NCBI RefSeq assembly: GCF_006345805.1
Contig: NC_042999.1
Location: 93,186,001 to 93,250,000, forward strand
DNA length: 64,000 nucleotides
Direction of reading: 5' to 3'
From: Octopus sinensis
Taxonomy: Eukaryota
In this document: positions 28,050-41,789 of the stretch, in pieces
Layout of the letters: each line of letters opens with the position of its first letter
Position numbering within the stretch: the first letter of the stretch is position 1
The notes under the pieces: generated by a model
What the model was told of the DNA's origin: nothing
The model's input: only the letters and a program-made list of their open reading frames with translations
Database searches by the model: none
Program-made: the position numbers and the translations under genes

Positions 28050-28420
28050 GTCGAAATTCCAAGTGAATTCGGAGGCTTTATCTAAATGTTGGTACCCATT
28101 CTAAATGCCTCGTCTCGGTCCTGAAACGGTTTACATCTTTTTCTCCAACTCCGTAAACGGCAACTTGGCCAGCATATCCATAAAGCCGGTTGCTGAGTTA
28201 TAACAACAGCAACCAACTCTTGTCATGATTATACGCGGAGTTTATTTCTGTCTTTCAAATATGTCAAAATATTTTATTGTAGCTTTGACTGCTCGTGACA
28301 GTGTTCATCATCTCAATAGATTAAATATCTAGGATTTCTGCACTCCATTGCTAATCTCGAATTCTTTGATCAAATTACCCATGCAGAAAAGTATTTCCCG
28401 GACACTTCTGTACTCTCTTA
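28050..28420 (-). mobile_element. Possible RTE-like RT relic
   Basis: Minus-strand GNLIKEFEISNGVQ and LYGYAGQVAVYG resemble degenerate GVxQG and YADD regions. Weak. Confidence 0.3.
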
Positions 28421-28716
28421 GTGTTAATATTGTTTAGAAATCCAGTATTTTCAACTCACCTTTCACATCTATCTATACTGATATTTCCTGCTTATTGTAG
28501 TAAAGCTGCAATAATTTTTAACACTTAAAACTATGCAAAGTGTTCTCAGTATATAAACGTGTACATTAAATATATTGGCCACGAATGAAAAATTGTCCCA
28601 CTTCTGCTGCTACTACTACTACTACTACTACTACTACGGATACTACTGTTACTGCTACTGCTGCTAGTACTGATACTTGAAATATTGCTACTATACGGCT
28701 GCTAGAATCAAATCGT

Positions 28717-29698
28717 ATAGCTGTGAGGAAATTTCTGTCACAAAGGCTGAAAAACTTTTGCTCTTCAATTTATTTCATTAGTTTGAACGTTTCTACTATC
28801 TGATTTTCGTAATTTTCACTCGTAATTTTTCTTTCGAGTAACGGACTTTTTCAGTTGCTGTCCTGTCATTACTTCCTTTTCTCATAATTTTGGACCGCTT
28901 CAACCAAACTAGAAGTATGACTAAAACCACCTCATTTAATCTTTCCAATACGAATGAAAAATTAGAAATCGAGTAGGATTCAATATCTTACTTGCAAGAG
29001 AAGGGTACTGTCCCTAAAGCAAAGCAAAGTAGTTGGTTTTTGAAGGAGTGTTTTGCGAGACCAGACAAACTTTTCTCCATGCAGTGCCATGTTGGAATCA
29101 CGATACACTAGAGAAATGCGTATATCAGTTGGTTCTTCCAGGATTCACAGTTTCCAGTGACATTTGGTGGGGCCTACTCTTACATTCCTGAAATTAATGA
29201 TTATAATTTTCAACATAGGGCAGTGAACCACAGCACTGAGTTTATTAACTCAAAAGATGGTACTCATAGGCAACAACTGGAAATCAAACAGTTCTGTGTA
29301 AAATGAAGTAGTAAACAATCCTGCAGGACCCACCATTCTGTGGTCGACTCATTTCTCTGCGATTTTATGTGGCGCAGGGGATAACGAAATTGTAAATTGT
29401 TTTCGCTACACAGAATGTATTAATTATTTGCATGAACTGAACTATACCTACAGTAGTATAACGCGGTATAATGTAGAGTTGTCTTTGTAATCTCTCGCAA
29501 AATATAAAAATAAAAAAAAACTTTATCATGCAAATTTTCTTTTGAAATTATTTACATGCCTGTTCCAGGGTTGAATTTATTCATTGAAACTTTTTAAACT
29601 TATTCATTAAAACTTCTTCCAAATTTCGTCCTCGTAATGTTTTGCTTTAATTTTGTCTAATAAAAGTTCGCCGTCATAATGTTGCAATAGACAGCTAT
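28717..29698 (+). mobile_element. Merlin (IS1016/IS1595-like DDE) DNA transposon relic
   Basis: 29030-29380 translates across frameshifts to FEGVFCETRQTFLHAVP..NHDTLEKCVYQLVLPGFTVSSDIW.AY...HRAVNHSTEFINSKDGTHRQQLE...VDSFLCDFMWRR, the ISXO2/Merlin signature. Ends (ATAGCTGT...ACAGCTAT) are tentative. Confidence 0.75.
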
Positions 29699-30064
29699 CA
29701 CGCAGAAAATGCCAGCTTTCAAATCCTGTTTCCTGATTCAGCAACACTTATTAAAGTTTAAATCTCTGTTTTTTCAAATATTTTATTGGAACAAGTAAAT
29801 AACAAAATCGGATCTAGCATGAAAACTTATATCAATAAAACAAATTCAAAATTTTTCACTTAACTGTAAACTTCAATAAATGTGATAGCAACAGAAATGA
29901 TTAGAGATACCTATTTATAGAAGACGTTCGTGTACTATAAGACATGTACAGTATAGTTCCCCATTCTTCATAATATAATGCATAAAACTATTCGGCTCAA
30001 CCAATAAAGTTTCAGATTTCCATAGAATGAATATGAAAACATGGAAGAATGAATTAACGACTTC

Positions 30065-31420
30065 ATTCATTAAGAGAGCGTTCTGTAAAGTTAAAATGAA
30101 GAAAGGGTCTCAGAACGTGATGATGTGTCTCATTCATTGTTTGTATTGTACATTATACTAAAGTCGTTGACATTGAGAATGTCATGTATTTGTGTATGAA
30201 TGGGAAAAGAAACAATTTCAAATGCAGCATCCTTTGTTTATAGCTGATCTTAAACTGTTTGCAAAGACTGAAAAATCTGAAATGCAACAAAGAACTTCAG
30301 AAGACATATAGAAATATACGGAAGGTGACGATAACTCAATGGATATTATAAACGAAAAGTGACATCCATAAACTTTACACGCTAAGGGAATTTAGTGGAA
30401 TTTATATGAGTGACGAAGAAGATGAAGAAAACTGAACAATGTTGATTGTTACAAAGACAAAACTTTAGAACCGATGTCGTCTTGGGGGTAAAAATGTGTG
30501 CTGTGAGAGACTAAAGATTGCATTGATATGAATGAAAGTAATGGATTAAAGTACGATTTAGAAGATATGGTGGAGTTGAACGGAATATACTACCAGATGG
30601 TCAGTTATATGAGTACGTAAGGCGTGGACTGGCAGAAACGTTAGCACGCCGGGCGAAATGCTTAGTGGTATTTTGTCTGAGTTCAAATTCCGCCGAGGTC
30701 GACTTTGCCTTTCATCCTTTCGGGGTCGATAAAAGTAAGTACCAGTTACGCACTGGGGTCGATATAATCGACTTAATCTGTTTGTTTGTCCTCTCTGTGT
30801 TTAGCCCCTTTTGGGTAGTAAAGAAATAGGTATTTTGTCTGTTTTTATATTCTAAATTCAAATTCCGCCGAGGTCGATTTTGGTTTTCATCCTTTCGGGG
30901 TCGATGAATTAAGTACTGGTTGCGTACTGGGGTCGATCTAATCGATGGCTCCCTCCCCCAAAATTTCGGTCCCTGTGCCTAGAGTAGAAAAGAATAATAT
31001 GAGTAAGTATTTCATGTGGATACAGCAAAATACATGACAAAAGATGTTAAAATATCAAAAGTTGCATATGACACGCTAGTCTTCGCTAGAGTATGAGAAA
31101 TTCTTACAAAAAACTATGTGAAATATGAAATGAGCTAGAATTACTGTAATGTAGGATTTCTAATTAATATACGTTAAACATAATCACATACTAAGCAAAT
31201 GCGGTAGACATGTATAACAAGTATACAAAAAGCGACATGTCAACATTGCACGTTTTTGTTTCACTGAAAACTAGATATATAATTCTGAACGGTTTGATAG
31301 GTGTCAAAAATAGGTATCTACTGATGTGAAAGAAAACTATTGTCGTTAGTTGTGGGATTCAAGCATTTAATATGATCAGATAGTTGAAACAAAAAGACCA
31401 GATATAGTTATTATCATTAT
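30065..31420 (+). mobile_element. Very old R4-like retrotransposon relic interrupted by a SINE
   Basis: QHPLFIADLKLFAKTEK (RT, about 30220-30275) and LWDSSI.YDQIVETKRPDIVII (RLE, about 31345-31415). Confidence 0.65.
30620..30996 (+). mobile_element. Full-length SINE family A with duplicated central domain and about 13-bp target-site duplication
   Basis: Head AGGCG..CTGGCAGAAACGTTAGCACGCCGGGCGAAATGCTTAG; two TTCAAATTCCGCCGAGGTCGA..TTTCATCCTTTCGGGGTCGAT units; flanks ATATGAGTACGTA (30607-30619) and ATATGAGTAAGTA (30997-31009). Confidence 0.9.
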
Positions 31421-32925
31421 GAGAAAGTGCCCAGACAATAATATTGCCCACTTATGATTATCCTCCACTTGAGTAGTAAATTCAGCTCAAAATATGTCCG
31501 AAATGTTGTTAGTTTTGCAACGCAAAACATCTGGAAGTTTCGGACGAATAGGAAAACTGATAAAAGGATGAAAGATAAAATTTGAGAATAATGTTGAGAA
31601 GTGAGGGAGATATCAAATTTCGTTAATGAATTTTCAAAATAATGAAGAAAATCACATTTCAAGTGCACACTCTATGACTCTCACTATTGGTATTTAACAT
31701 TGTCTTCGTGGGCTGTATATTATTAAATTATTATAATAGGTTACGGATTAGGAAAATGTGAACGAGCCACTTTCCCAGTATTATTTATGGAGAGTTGAAA
31801 TAATTCGGAGACAATGGAAAATAATTCAACATTTTGGTGAAGAACAGAAGAATAATACCAAATGCTTTTCGACGTTACGAGTAATTGGACGAATAATAAT
31901 TTCACACTAAAACAGGTTAGAAATATCTAGCTAATTTGGAAACCAGTAGCACACCGTTTAAAACCGAAAGACTCATTGAAAATTGAGTGCATACGAAGGA
32001 AGCAAGAAAAACCTGTTCACAATTATCCACCGAAGGACTGTTTAATCTTATACACTATATGTAACACCAAAGAAACATAAGATATTGATAAGAAAAATAG
32101 AATATTGATCATTTTATAAAATGTTCATACAAGTAGGTGATACAGATAGCCTGTATATGAGCCTCGGTAATTGTGTGAAAATTACGTAGAAGACTGTTTA
32201 TATAAACATGTATCAGAATATAAAGAAAACAATGTTGATACCTCTGAATAAGAATCTAATGAAAAACAAACGCCAAATGACAGAAAAGCTATTGCATGCA
32301 TCGAATGTATGAAAGAAAAAAGGAACGAGAGAATCATTTTGAGTTTCTTCAAAAGCACTCAAAGTCCGGACTGGTTAAAATTTCTGAACAGAGCTTCAGA
32401 AAGCATTATAATGAAGACATTAGAGGTGAACTTAAGGACAAAAGCAATCTGATAAGTTGAGTCCAACTCAGCTGCTTTTACCACAGCCTCAAAGCAGAGG
32501 GACTGTAGCCGTCTTTCCCCGCCAAAGAAAGTGACATTCTGATTTTTACTGTGCACGTAACTGATAGTAATTTTCATTCTCTTCAACGGAAGGGCGTAAG
32601 ACAAAATAAAGGATGGGTACAGAGCGGATACTTTCAGGCTGTATCGTGAGCTGATTCAGCTTTTGGTAGATTCGTGGTTACAGGAATTTTTAAAACAAAT
32701 AATGACCACAAGCATGGATTTTAAAAGTTATTTATTGCACCCGCTTTAAAATCCCTTTATACAAGACGGTTCAGACTTCTCTTCTAAGTCTCGTTGATGT
32801 CAAAATCGTTTCCAAATCCCCGTCAATACAGTAACCATAAGAGCATCACAACAAACCATAGCACATACCCATGGTACACAGAACTGTGCTTAGTAGTGCT
32901 GTGAAAGCACGTGAAGAAATAAGAT

Positions 32926-32927
<2 letters not shown>

Positions 32928-32984
<57 letters not shown>

Positions 32985-33050
32985 TAATAATAATAATAAT
33001 AAGAAGAAGAAGAAGAAGATGAAGAAGAAGAAGAAGAAGAAGAAGAAGAA
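32928..33050. repeat. (AAT)n-(AAG)n compound microsatellite
   Basis: Direct reading. Confidence 0.95.
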
Positions 33051-35863
33051 TAGTAATGTTTTATTCACTGCAAGGATTTACAATGCAATACGTGTCATAG
33101 AAATGCATAGGACGAAGGGAAACACACATAGAAATATGAGATGACACCTGTGTTGGATTAGTCTACAGCAAGTCTCAGACGGTCATCCGACCAAATCATC
33201 CTCTGATAACTGGATGCTACGAAATTTTCTGTCGTCATTTTCTGCAATAGCTGTTTCATGAAAGCCCGCACATTCACTAGAGTTCGAACGTCTGCCGCAA
33301 GGAGACTGTTTGCATTAACTTTGCTAACCACGTGGTAATTTTTAGGTGTCCTGTGTATGCCCCCATCTCCTTCTCAAGCAACACAATATTTTATTCATTC
33401 TCTAGCAGGGAGAACATTAGATTAAGAAGAATAATGCTATCAATATCCATTATCATAAAGATACGAAAGTCCTCTTTTCATACCCTCCTAAATTTTAATA
33501 TTAAGAAGAGGATAAAAGAATCATATTTCTCTAAGCATTGATGGATTTTAAAGCTTTACTTCCAGCGAAATGCCTTCCTCTTTGCTACCCAGATTGTATC
33601 CAATATCATACTACCCACTTCAAATGTTACTTATTCCCATTCCACTTCATCAGGTTTCCCCTCTTGTGCATACGCACAAAAGTACTGAAATACATTTAGT
33701 TGCTCACCAAACTCCGACGACTTGTGAAACTTGTGATCAATGACTTTTCCACCAGCCTCAGCAATTCATAAAAAGTACATAAGATTGCCTTTTATAATTG
33801 AGGTACCGGCAATCTATTGATTTCTTCTTGCCTGAATTTACAATTTTTTACCTTGTTTTTAGTAAATTCTAACTCTGTCTAGTTTCCACCTCGTCATCCA
33901 CGCTGAAAAACTACTGTTGACTACTGTAACTACTGTTGAAAGTATCTAGCTTAGTTATGCTGGGGATGACGTGACGATTTCTCGATTATTTTGTATATGA
34001 TGCTGGAGGTAGTGTGAGATGAGGTGGTATCGTCTGATTCCAATCCAGATATTTCTTAAGCAGCAACTTATGTTGCTCTGAGAATAGTGTTAGTAGCAGC
34101 CACAGTCTGAATAGCAAGGATCTGTTGTACCTCTTACTGCGACATCTGCTGTCGACTTCCGTCCAATTTGGTCGATTACTTTTCCTCTTCTGGGCAGTAT
34201 ACATATTAATGACACAGATATATGTGAGATTTATCAGTCCTCAATATAATACAACTTCGAGGTAGATTCTGGAAATCATAAAAATCTCCAAACAAAGCTC
34301 AGTAATATCAGGTCATCCCATGCAAAAATCATATCACAGAAGATGGAAAAAAAAATCCTCATCTACATTATTCCGCCGACCTTGCTCCTTCAGACTACCA
34401 TTTGTTTCGTAATTTACAGACTCATTTGTGGAACATAACTTTCGCAAGCCAGTGAGACGTAGAAACTGAGTTTTACATTGATGGGATTAAAACGCTTGTA
34501 AATAGACGGAAGGAAGTAATAGATAATCAGGGAAAATACATTGATAATTAAATTTCAATTAAATATAACATTTGATCACTTGTTTTCTTTATTCAAAATT
34601 CAGACAGAACTTATGGGATGATATGATACATCGGGTTGAGCTCACCATCGCGCTCATCAATAACGCGTAATGAAGAAAGAATGTTACGAGAAATCAATAT
34701 TTAAAATTCGTAGTAAGACCAATACTGTGGATTCTTATAGTGTTTCTGGTTTCTCAATAACATCTTACTAGTCTAGGAATAGAAGAGAGGCATATCTAGT
34801 TTTCTCATCATGTCTTCAACCTAAAAACACAAGAGATGTTTTCATATGTCATGTTTAATCGATGGAGAAAATGTCTAATCACATCCGGTCAGGGCCTTGT
34901 CGGATAGCTTCAGAGGCTTATTCACGTGCCTCATATACACAGGAGCCAATCAATGCCACGCGATAATTTTATATAAACTATTTCTTCGGTAAATAAACCA
35001 CGATATAAACCGAAACTATAAAACCTAGAAAGAAATATTGAAGATCCCTATTTCTATGATCAATCATAATTGCACTATATTCCAAAAGTATAAAGTACTT
35101 GTTTACTATGTAATGTGAAGAGGAAAACAGCCTGATAGATAAGATAAACATCCAGGATCGTCTCTTGATTTTAACCCTACAGAAAGGTAAGGTATCATAG
35201 AAGTACAAAACTTGTAAGTCATACTTGATCAATTTCAAATTGAAAAAGGAACGTGCTATTGGCTTGGGCACAAAAAAAGTTACAGCAGATTATTTCGAAA
35301 ATTAAGTCAAAAGTATGACTGATACCAGTGGTGACGAATTCACGGCAAAATAGAATCATTTAAAACACTGAGCAGTATAACATTGATATTTTACTTATGT
35401 AAAGTGCTCTTACTTCATCTACGCATTTTGTTATATGATATAACGCTTTCTTCTTCCTGCGGTTACTATTTGAAATATAAAATGTTGCTTTGGGCAGTGC
35501 GTGTAGATTCTTAGCAGGACTATTGAATAAATAGATATTTCTATGTAAAATTACAAATAGACAAAATGCAAAAAAAAGCAACACAAGTAGGTGACAAACC
35601 ATTAATTAGATTGGATCAATGCACCTCATTACACCTACAACATTTCGGCTGTCTCATAACCCAGGCATAGTTTTTCATCTTCATTCAATATTTATACATA
35701 TATTTCGACACATCCATTCGAAACTTACTCTTATAAAAACATCCGAGAATCTCTAAGCTCTCAGAGTTCGGCTTTTCTGCATACAGTAAGGTAACCCCTA
35801 CTGCGACACTTCTTCCGTTTTGGCCCGAAATGATAGTTTGTTCCTTCGTAATCCTACTTAGAT

Positions 35864-36140
35864 GGCACATGGCCTATTTGCTATGTCGTTGCACTCGCGA
35901 TCTCCTGATCGTGGGTACGATTTCTAGACCCAGTGGCGCTTTGTGGTTTTAGGTTAAACACTTCAACTAACGTTGCTCCGCGATCACTTCGACATCTGAC
36001 GTGTGGTACACTGTGCATTAGTACAAATAATAAATATTCGATGGAGTGAGCTAGTTAATATACCGCACAATCAATATAAACACATCCTGTTGCAGGTTTT
36101 TCAGTAAGAAATTGCTAGACCCTCTTTGTCTGATGCGAGA
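35864..36140 (+). mobile_element. Diverged tRNA-derived SINE
   Basis: ggcacatggccta...gcactcgcgatc...gatcgtgggtacgatttctagacc is a degenerate tRNA-like head similar to the copy at 49425. Confidence 0.5.
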
Positions 36141-37171
36141 AACCTCCATTTTAGAATTCTAGTTATATCACTATGCAAATGCTATGTACTTGTTTATAAT
36201 TATTCTATACTGTATACATGTATGCAAATGTTATCATGCTATCTGAGAGTACAAATTCTATTGTCCACGTGTATGCGCCGACAACCGAAATTATACATGT
36301 GAGAATCTGTGTCCGTGCTTATACTATCTGTTATTCCATGTAGGTTCTTTTCTCGGTGTATATTTTACATACTGTACAGCATGTTTCTGGCTGCGCTTAC
36401 ATGAGACCTGAGACATTTGCAATTATTTCTATTGTTACGATCGTTGTCTTAGTAATCATTGCCAGAAATGAATCCAGCTCATTTTCTTTTATCGACAATT
36501 CATTAATGCTTTACCTTACTCTTTCTCTTATTCTCCCTTATTTTTCTCTCTGTCTAAATCTACAGAAATCCTCTTCCAGTTTCTGCTACAAGTTCTCTCA
36601 CTCACTGTCTCTCAATCACTCTCCCTCTCTCCCTCTATTTCTATCTCTCTCACCCACTCTCTCTAAATCTTTGAATGCTACCCAATGATTGTTATTTCCT
36701 GTTATATTATCTTCATCGTATGCAGAAAATCCTCCTTTAATTAATTTGACTTTGATAACAATACATACAAATTTGACCCCCACCAGGCTCGTTGGATTCA
36801 GTGATTTAAAGCAGATACTGAATAGCTTTAAATGGGAACTTTCACATAACTAAAATGAAGCTGATATTATGTCAACCGACTATTATTCAGATTTATCATA
36901 TGATGGTTAGTCACTTTAACCTCTAAATTGCGGCCATGTATTCAAGTGTTTAATTTAGCAGAATGTCCTTAATATTTGAGTTTTTTCATTTACCACACAC
37001 ACACACACATATATATATATATAGGATTTCCTTCCTCTCTAGAACTTGTCAAATACAATTTTGTGAATGTACAAATAGCTTTTTCATTTATATAAAATAT
37101 GTATTTTAGGGTTTTTTTTAGAAGAGAATATTGCTTTCGTTTTTTGGGATGAGGTTCCAAGACAATGGAGA

Positions 37172-37184
37172 TGGATAGATATAC

Positions 37185-37273
<89 letters not shown>
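37172..37273. repeat. (AGAT)n microsatellite
   Basis: Direct reading. Confidence 0.95.
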
Positions 37274-37274
<1 letters not shown>

Positions 37275-37284
37275 TCAGACAGAT

Positions 37285-37770
37285 AGACAAATACTTGGAA
37301 CGTGGTTCACACATAAAATACAAGATCGGATTCCTTTTCAAAATAAATGCAGATATGAACTGCAAAACACAAAACCTTATATACTACATTATCTGCCCAA
37401 ACTGCAAAGAACATTATATTGGCGAAACAAATAATTTCCTCTGCCAACGTGCAAGAATCCACTGGCAACATATCCGACAAGAAGAATTACACAAGATTCC
37501 ATTAAGTAAGCATCTGGAAATATGTGGCGACGGAAAATTCAAATTTTTTCCCTTTTACAAATGTGAACGGGACGATCCACAATACCGAAAAACAATGGAA
37601 CTGCATTTCATCAAAAAGCTTCTCTCCAAAGTTGAATGTTTGACAGAAAAGCAGAGACAGTACGTTTTGTAAGTGTTATACTAATGCTCATTAGCACAAA
37701 ACCATGGAATTGAAAGAGGTGTGATCGAAATTACACAGTAGAAACATGGGCATGTTCCCAACACCACCCA
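37285..37770 (+). mobile_element. 5'-truncated Penelope-like element: GIY-YIG endonuclease (ORF 37295-37672) plus decayed 3' hammerhead (37705-37759)
   Basis: NCKTQNLIYYIICPNCKEHYIGETNNFLCQRARIH...PLSKH...E.HFI is a PLE GIY-YIG domain with CxxC. Downstream: UUGAAAGA-GGUGUGAU(CGAA)AUUACAC-AGUA-GAAA-CAUG(GG)CAUG-UU. Confidence 0.85.
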
Positions 37771-38036
37771 CACATACACAACACACACACACACACACAC
37801 ACACACGCGCGCACACACAACACTTCATCAAGGAATCCTCTCTAAAATTGAACGTTTGAGGGTAAAAAGGAGAAATTGAATTCTTTTTACCAAATAGGCT
37901 CATCTCTACAAATGTTCAGATGTATACGTGTGTAACGTTGGGACGTTCTAGCTTTACGTTTATATATATGTATATATGTGTATGGATATATATGTGTGTG
38001 TATGTATGTATATACATGAGTGTATGTATATGTATA

Positions 38037-38086
<50 letters not shown>

Positions 38087-38329
38087 ATATATATATTCAT
38101 TTTATTTTATTTACCGATTGATTTTTCAAATTGTTTATTTGCAAATATTATACAAATGTATTTTCATGCAGAACGACACTTCCAAAACTTCCCTCCAAAA
38201 TATAATACAAAGAGGAGAAAAACAAAGAAAAGAAGAAAAAGGAAGGAAAAAGGAAAGAAGAAAAAGGAAGAGAGAACATCCTAGCCAACAAATCGTAGAA
38301 CCACAAAAAATGGGTCAATTAAAGGTTAG

Positions 38330-38977
38330 GCGAATGAAAATAGGCCTTATTCCATGCATTGAATAGTGAACTTTACCCAGTCAGCTGGTTGACGTGAACT
38401 GTGTTCACCACGCGTGCAAGCATGCGTAAATTGCATGAAAAAAAATCAAAATATAAAAACGAATCGCCGTAAACATTGTAGAAATTCGGAAAAGAAATTA
38501 ATTTTCGGGATGTAGCCTGGAGGGTTTTTTCGTATTAATCGTTTGGACTTTGTGAACACATACCAATTGTTTTCATAACATTTTTAACGCTTTGAATTAA
38601 ATGTGACCATTTTGCGTTGAGTCTGCAGTTTGAATCACTTTAACCAAATTTTAGCAGGCCGGATTTTTGATCACCACGATACATCGCCAGCGACTCCCTG
38701 AAACTCTTCCCTGAAACTCTTCCCTGAAATCCCCATTGAGAAATATTGATCTAAAAGAATAATTCAACCATGCAACTATTTGATCAAGAAAATTTTATGA
38801 AACGCTTCTACGTACTTCCTTTTGAGGAAATGGAACACATAAGCGCAAAAATAGAGGGCATTAAATGCTTGATTTTAAAACCAAAACAATTGAAATTTGA
38901 TTTAACTTCATCCAAGTTTAGCTTAATTCGCGCGTGCATAGAACGCACGAGCGCACGAGTCGGGCAATACTGCTAGT
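38330..38977 (+). mobile_element. Helitron-like non-autonomous element (3' end)
   Basis: GC-rich hairpin CGTGC-ATAGAAC-GCACG, then GTCGGGCAATACTG-CTAG|T at 38973-38977. 5' boundary unknown; internal 13-bp tandem repeat at 38696-38730. Confidence 0.5.
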
Positions 38978-41789
38978 ATTTTATATAAATGAACAAGCTG
39001 TTTGTACATTGTATTTGACAAGTTCTAGAAAGGAACGAAAGCGCTAATAATAATGAAGAAATAACAGGGTTTTTTTCCAAAATTCTGACGACTTTCTTTT
39101 CTCGATATTCAATTCTGTACATCAAACCTAACACTCAATACTTATATATATAAGCACATATACAAACTCATATATTATATATATGTATATACATACATAC
39201 ATAAATACATACATACATACATACACATATATATCTATTTATTTATTTATATACATGATGGATTCTGGATTCTCTCAAAGCGGTAATCATGTACTATGGA
39301 GGGGAATGTGTCTCTTAAGGCCTGCTCTTGTCTTAGAAACCTTTCGACAAAGGGAAGACTCGGTCCGTTCGATTGCTTGTGAATCATTTACTATGTGTTT
39401 TCTTGAGTGGACAGGAAGACCTGATCTGCTTCGTGCCACAAATCCACATTGAAAGGTAAAATTTCCATTTAGAAAACCAATGCTTTGCCACCGTGCCCTC
39501 ATGCTTGCACGAAGTTTGTCCCGACATTGCAATTAACTTTGCTGAAATCTTTGTACTGAGGAGAAGCAGAACTACATTTGTTTTCCCAGGAAGAAAATGG
39601 AGTATGTAATTTAAAACAGTGTAATTCGGTTCGATTCGACTTAAAGTTTCGCAGGCCTCTAACAAAAGTCAGTCTCCTTCCGGCTTTAGTTTACCGAGTG
39701 GAGAGATATAGGAAATCCAAAATAGCTATAAGATGATTTGAGTGCTTTTCTCTTCAGTTTGTTCACTCTTTCTTGTGTGTGTGCGCGTGTGAGTGTGTGT
39801 GTGCGATGTATGTTTGTGTACGTATGTATATATAAATATTCATGTATATGTATCTAGTTCACCTTACGAGCGATGCATTTTCTACTCGTGTCAAGTAAAG
39901 CATACTACTCCAAATGCTTGCGTAAGTGAAATCAGGACAGGCTAGTTTGTATTAGCAGAAAGTCATACATATTGCAATTCGAACGACAGAGCAAACGATA
40001 TATGTATTTGAAATGTATTAACAGATGAACGTTTTACTTCCTAACAATGATCATATAAACAGCCACATTTTCCTGTCAGAGATTTATATGTCCTAATATT
40101 AGACTATTTTCTATAGCCAATACAAATTAGAAGGCCATAACCATCTAAGTAACCCAACGTTACTGCTATCTCAGGTTAAGGAATTTCATGCTTACGGAAA
40201 TTGTAAAGTGCGACCATCAATTTCGAGATATGGTCTATAATTTTGCGCTTACGGATACTCGTATTGCATAATTTTAGATTGTTAACGATTTAAAACTGCA
40301 CTTCCTTCTTAGCTGAAAATCGTCTTCCGTTTTAAGATCAAAAGATATAACAGACGATTTGAAATATGTATGTATGTGTGTATGTCTGTGTGTGTATGTG
40401 TGTGTTGCTTGTGTGTGTTTGAATGTGTGTGTATGTATGTATTTTTGTATGCGTAATGTGCCTATCATATACATTAACCCAACCAACAACAGTAATATAT
40501 AGTATGAAGTAAATAAGCAAATCCATTTTAAATAAAAAAAAACATACAATGTGGTATCCTAGATAATTTTAAAAGTTGAATGAAATGTCTGTGATCATAG
40601 ACCCATGAATATTGACTTGGGACTAAACAGTCCCAAACGATAGAATAAGCAAGAACAATATAACCACTCCAACACCCATAATACCATAACACCCATTGTC
40701 ACTAACATCTAAACCAATGCAACCCATATCATCACTACTAACATTCCACCAACTTTTGAATCCATGTGATAACAAAAGATAACCAGCTTGTAAGCCATAA
40801 GACAACACATGCCTCTGCATTAGTGCATGTGTATGCTTGTGTGTGTGTGTGTGTGTGGTGTGTGTGTGTGTGTGTGTGTGTTTGTATATTAGTGTATGTG
40901 AGCTTGCGCGTGCATTTATGTCTTAAGACAAAAGTGCAAAGGGTGAATTGCCTATAAAATCTGGTGAACATTCGGATAATTGTAATCATGTAGTACTCAA
41001 TCTTTCCGAGTCATTCACCTTTACACCTCATTTTCGTTATGACATCAATATGAACAATTTTCTGCTTTCGTAAAGTAGACCTTGCTTGGGCCAATTTGTT
41101 TTCTTTACTACAAACTAGTTCAAACCCGTTGCTACCCCGTGGCATAAAAATATTTCTAAATCATGAAATTACCTTCATAACTTGTGCAAATAATATTTAA
41201 ATTAATTTTCTTGGTGAATATGAGATAAAAAAATAAGATGAAAATACATTATACATACATAGATATATATGTGTGTGTATGTATGTGTGTGTATGTATGT
41301 ATATATATATATGAAGTTTGTGCTGCCTGGTCAATCTGTTGAAAGACAGAGAAACACACACACGCACACACACACACAGACGCTCACACACACATACACA
41401 CACACTTAAGCAAAGGAATAACTATATATCGTTCAAAACCTGTTACTTACGTTGGTGACAATAGTCTGCCTATCAATCTCTGTCTCTCTCTAGCTACCTA
41501 TCTATCTCTATCTCTTTATCTTTTTCTCTGTCCCTCACACGCACGGGCGCGTGCACACACACACACACACACACTGCTTTCTCTCAACAACACCTTTCTC
41601 CCCTCCCCTTCTCTTAAAAATACATTGTGGCGTATATTTTTGATTGCTCCCTTTTCCATCACTTTTGTAGATGCTGTTACGGACAGAGAGACTCGGGAAT
41701 CGGCTTGTCTTTTTATAATATAAGATTTATTGTGGACACGTAATCGCTGCTACTCTTGGATTTGCCTTTAATTTAAGATGAGTGGAAAG

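Noticed and set aside
33051-33400. Possible LINE 3' end on the minus strand (AATAAA next to the microsatellite)
   Set aside because: No recognisable protein motif to support a family call.
34700-35350. Possible Gypsy RT-RNase H relic
   Set aside because: Only one vague motif; no LTRs or catalytic residues seen.
39260-39720. GC-richer island with several 80-90 aa ORFs
   Set aside because: No convincing domain or splice pattern; probably an unidentifiable TE relic.
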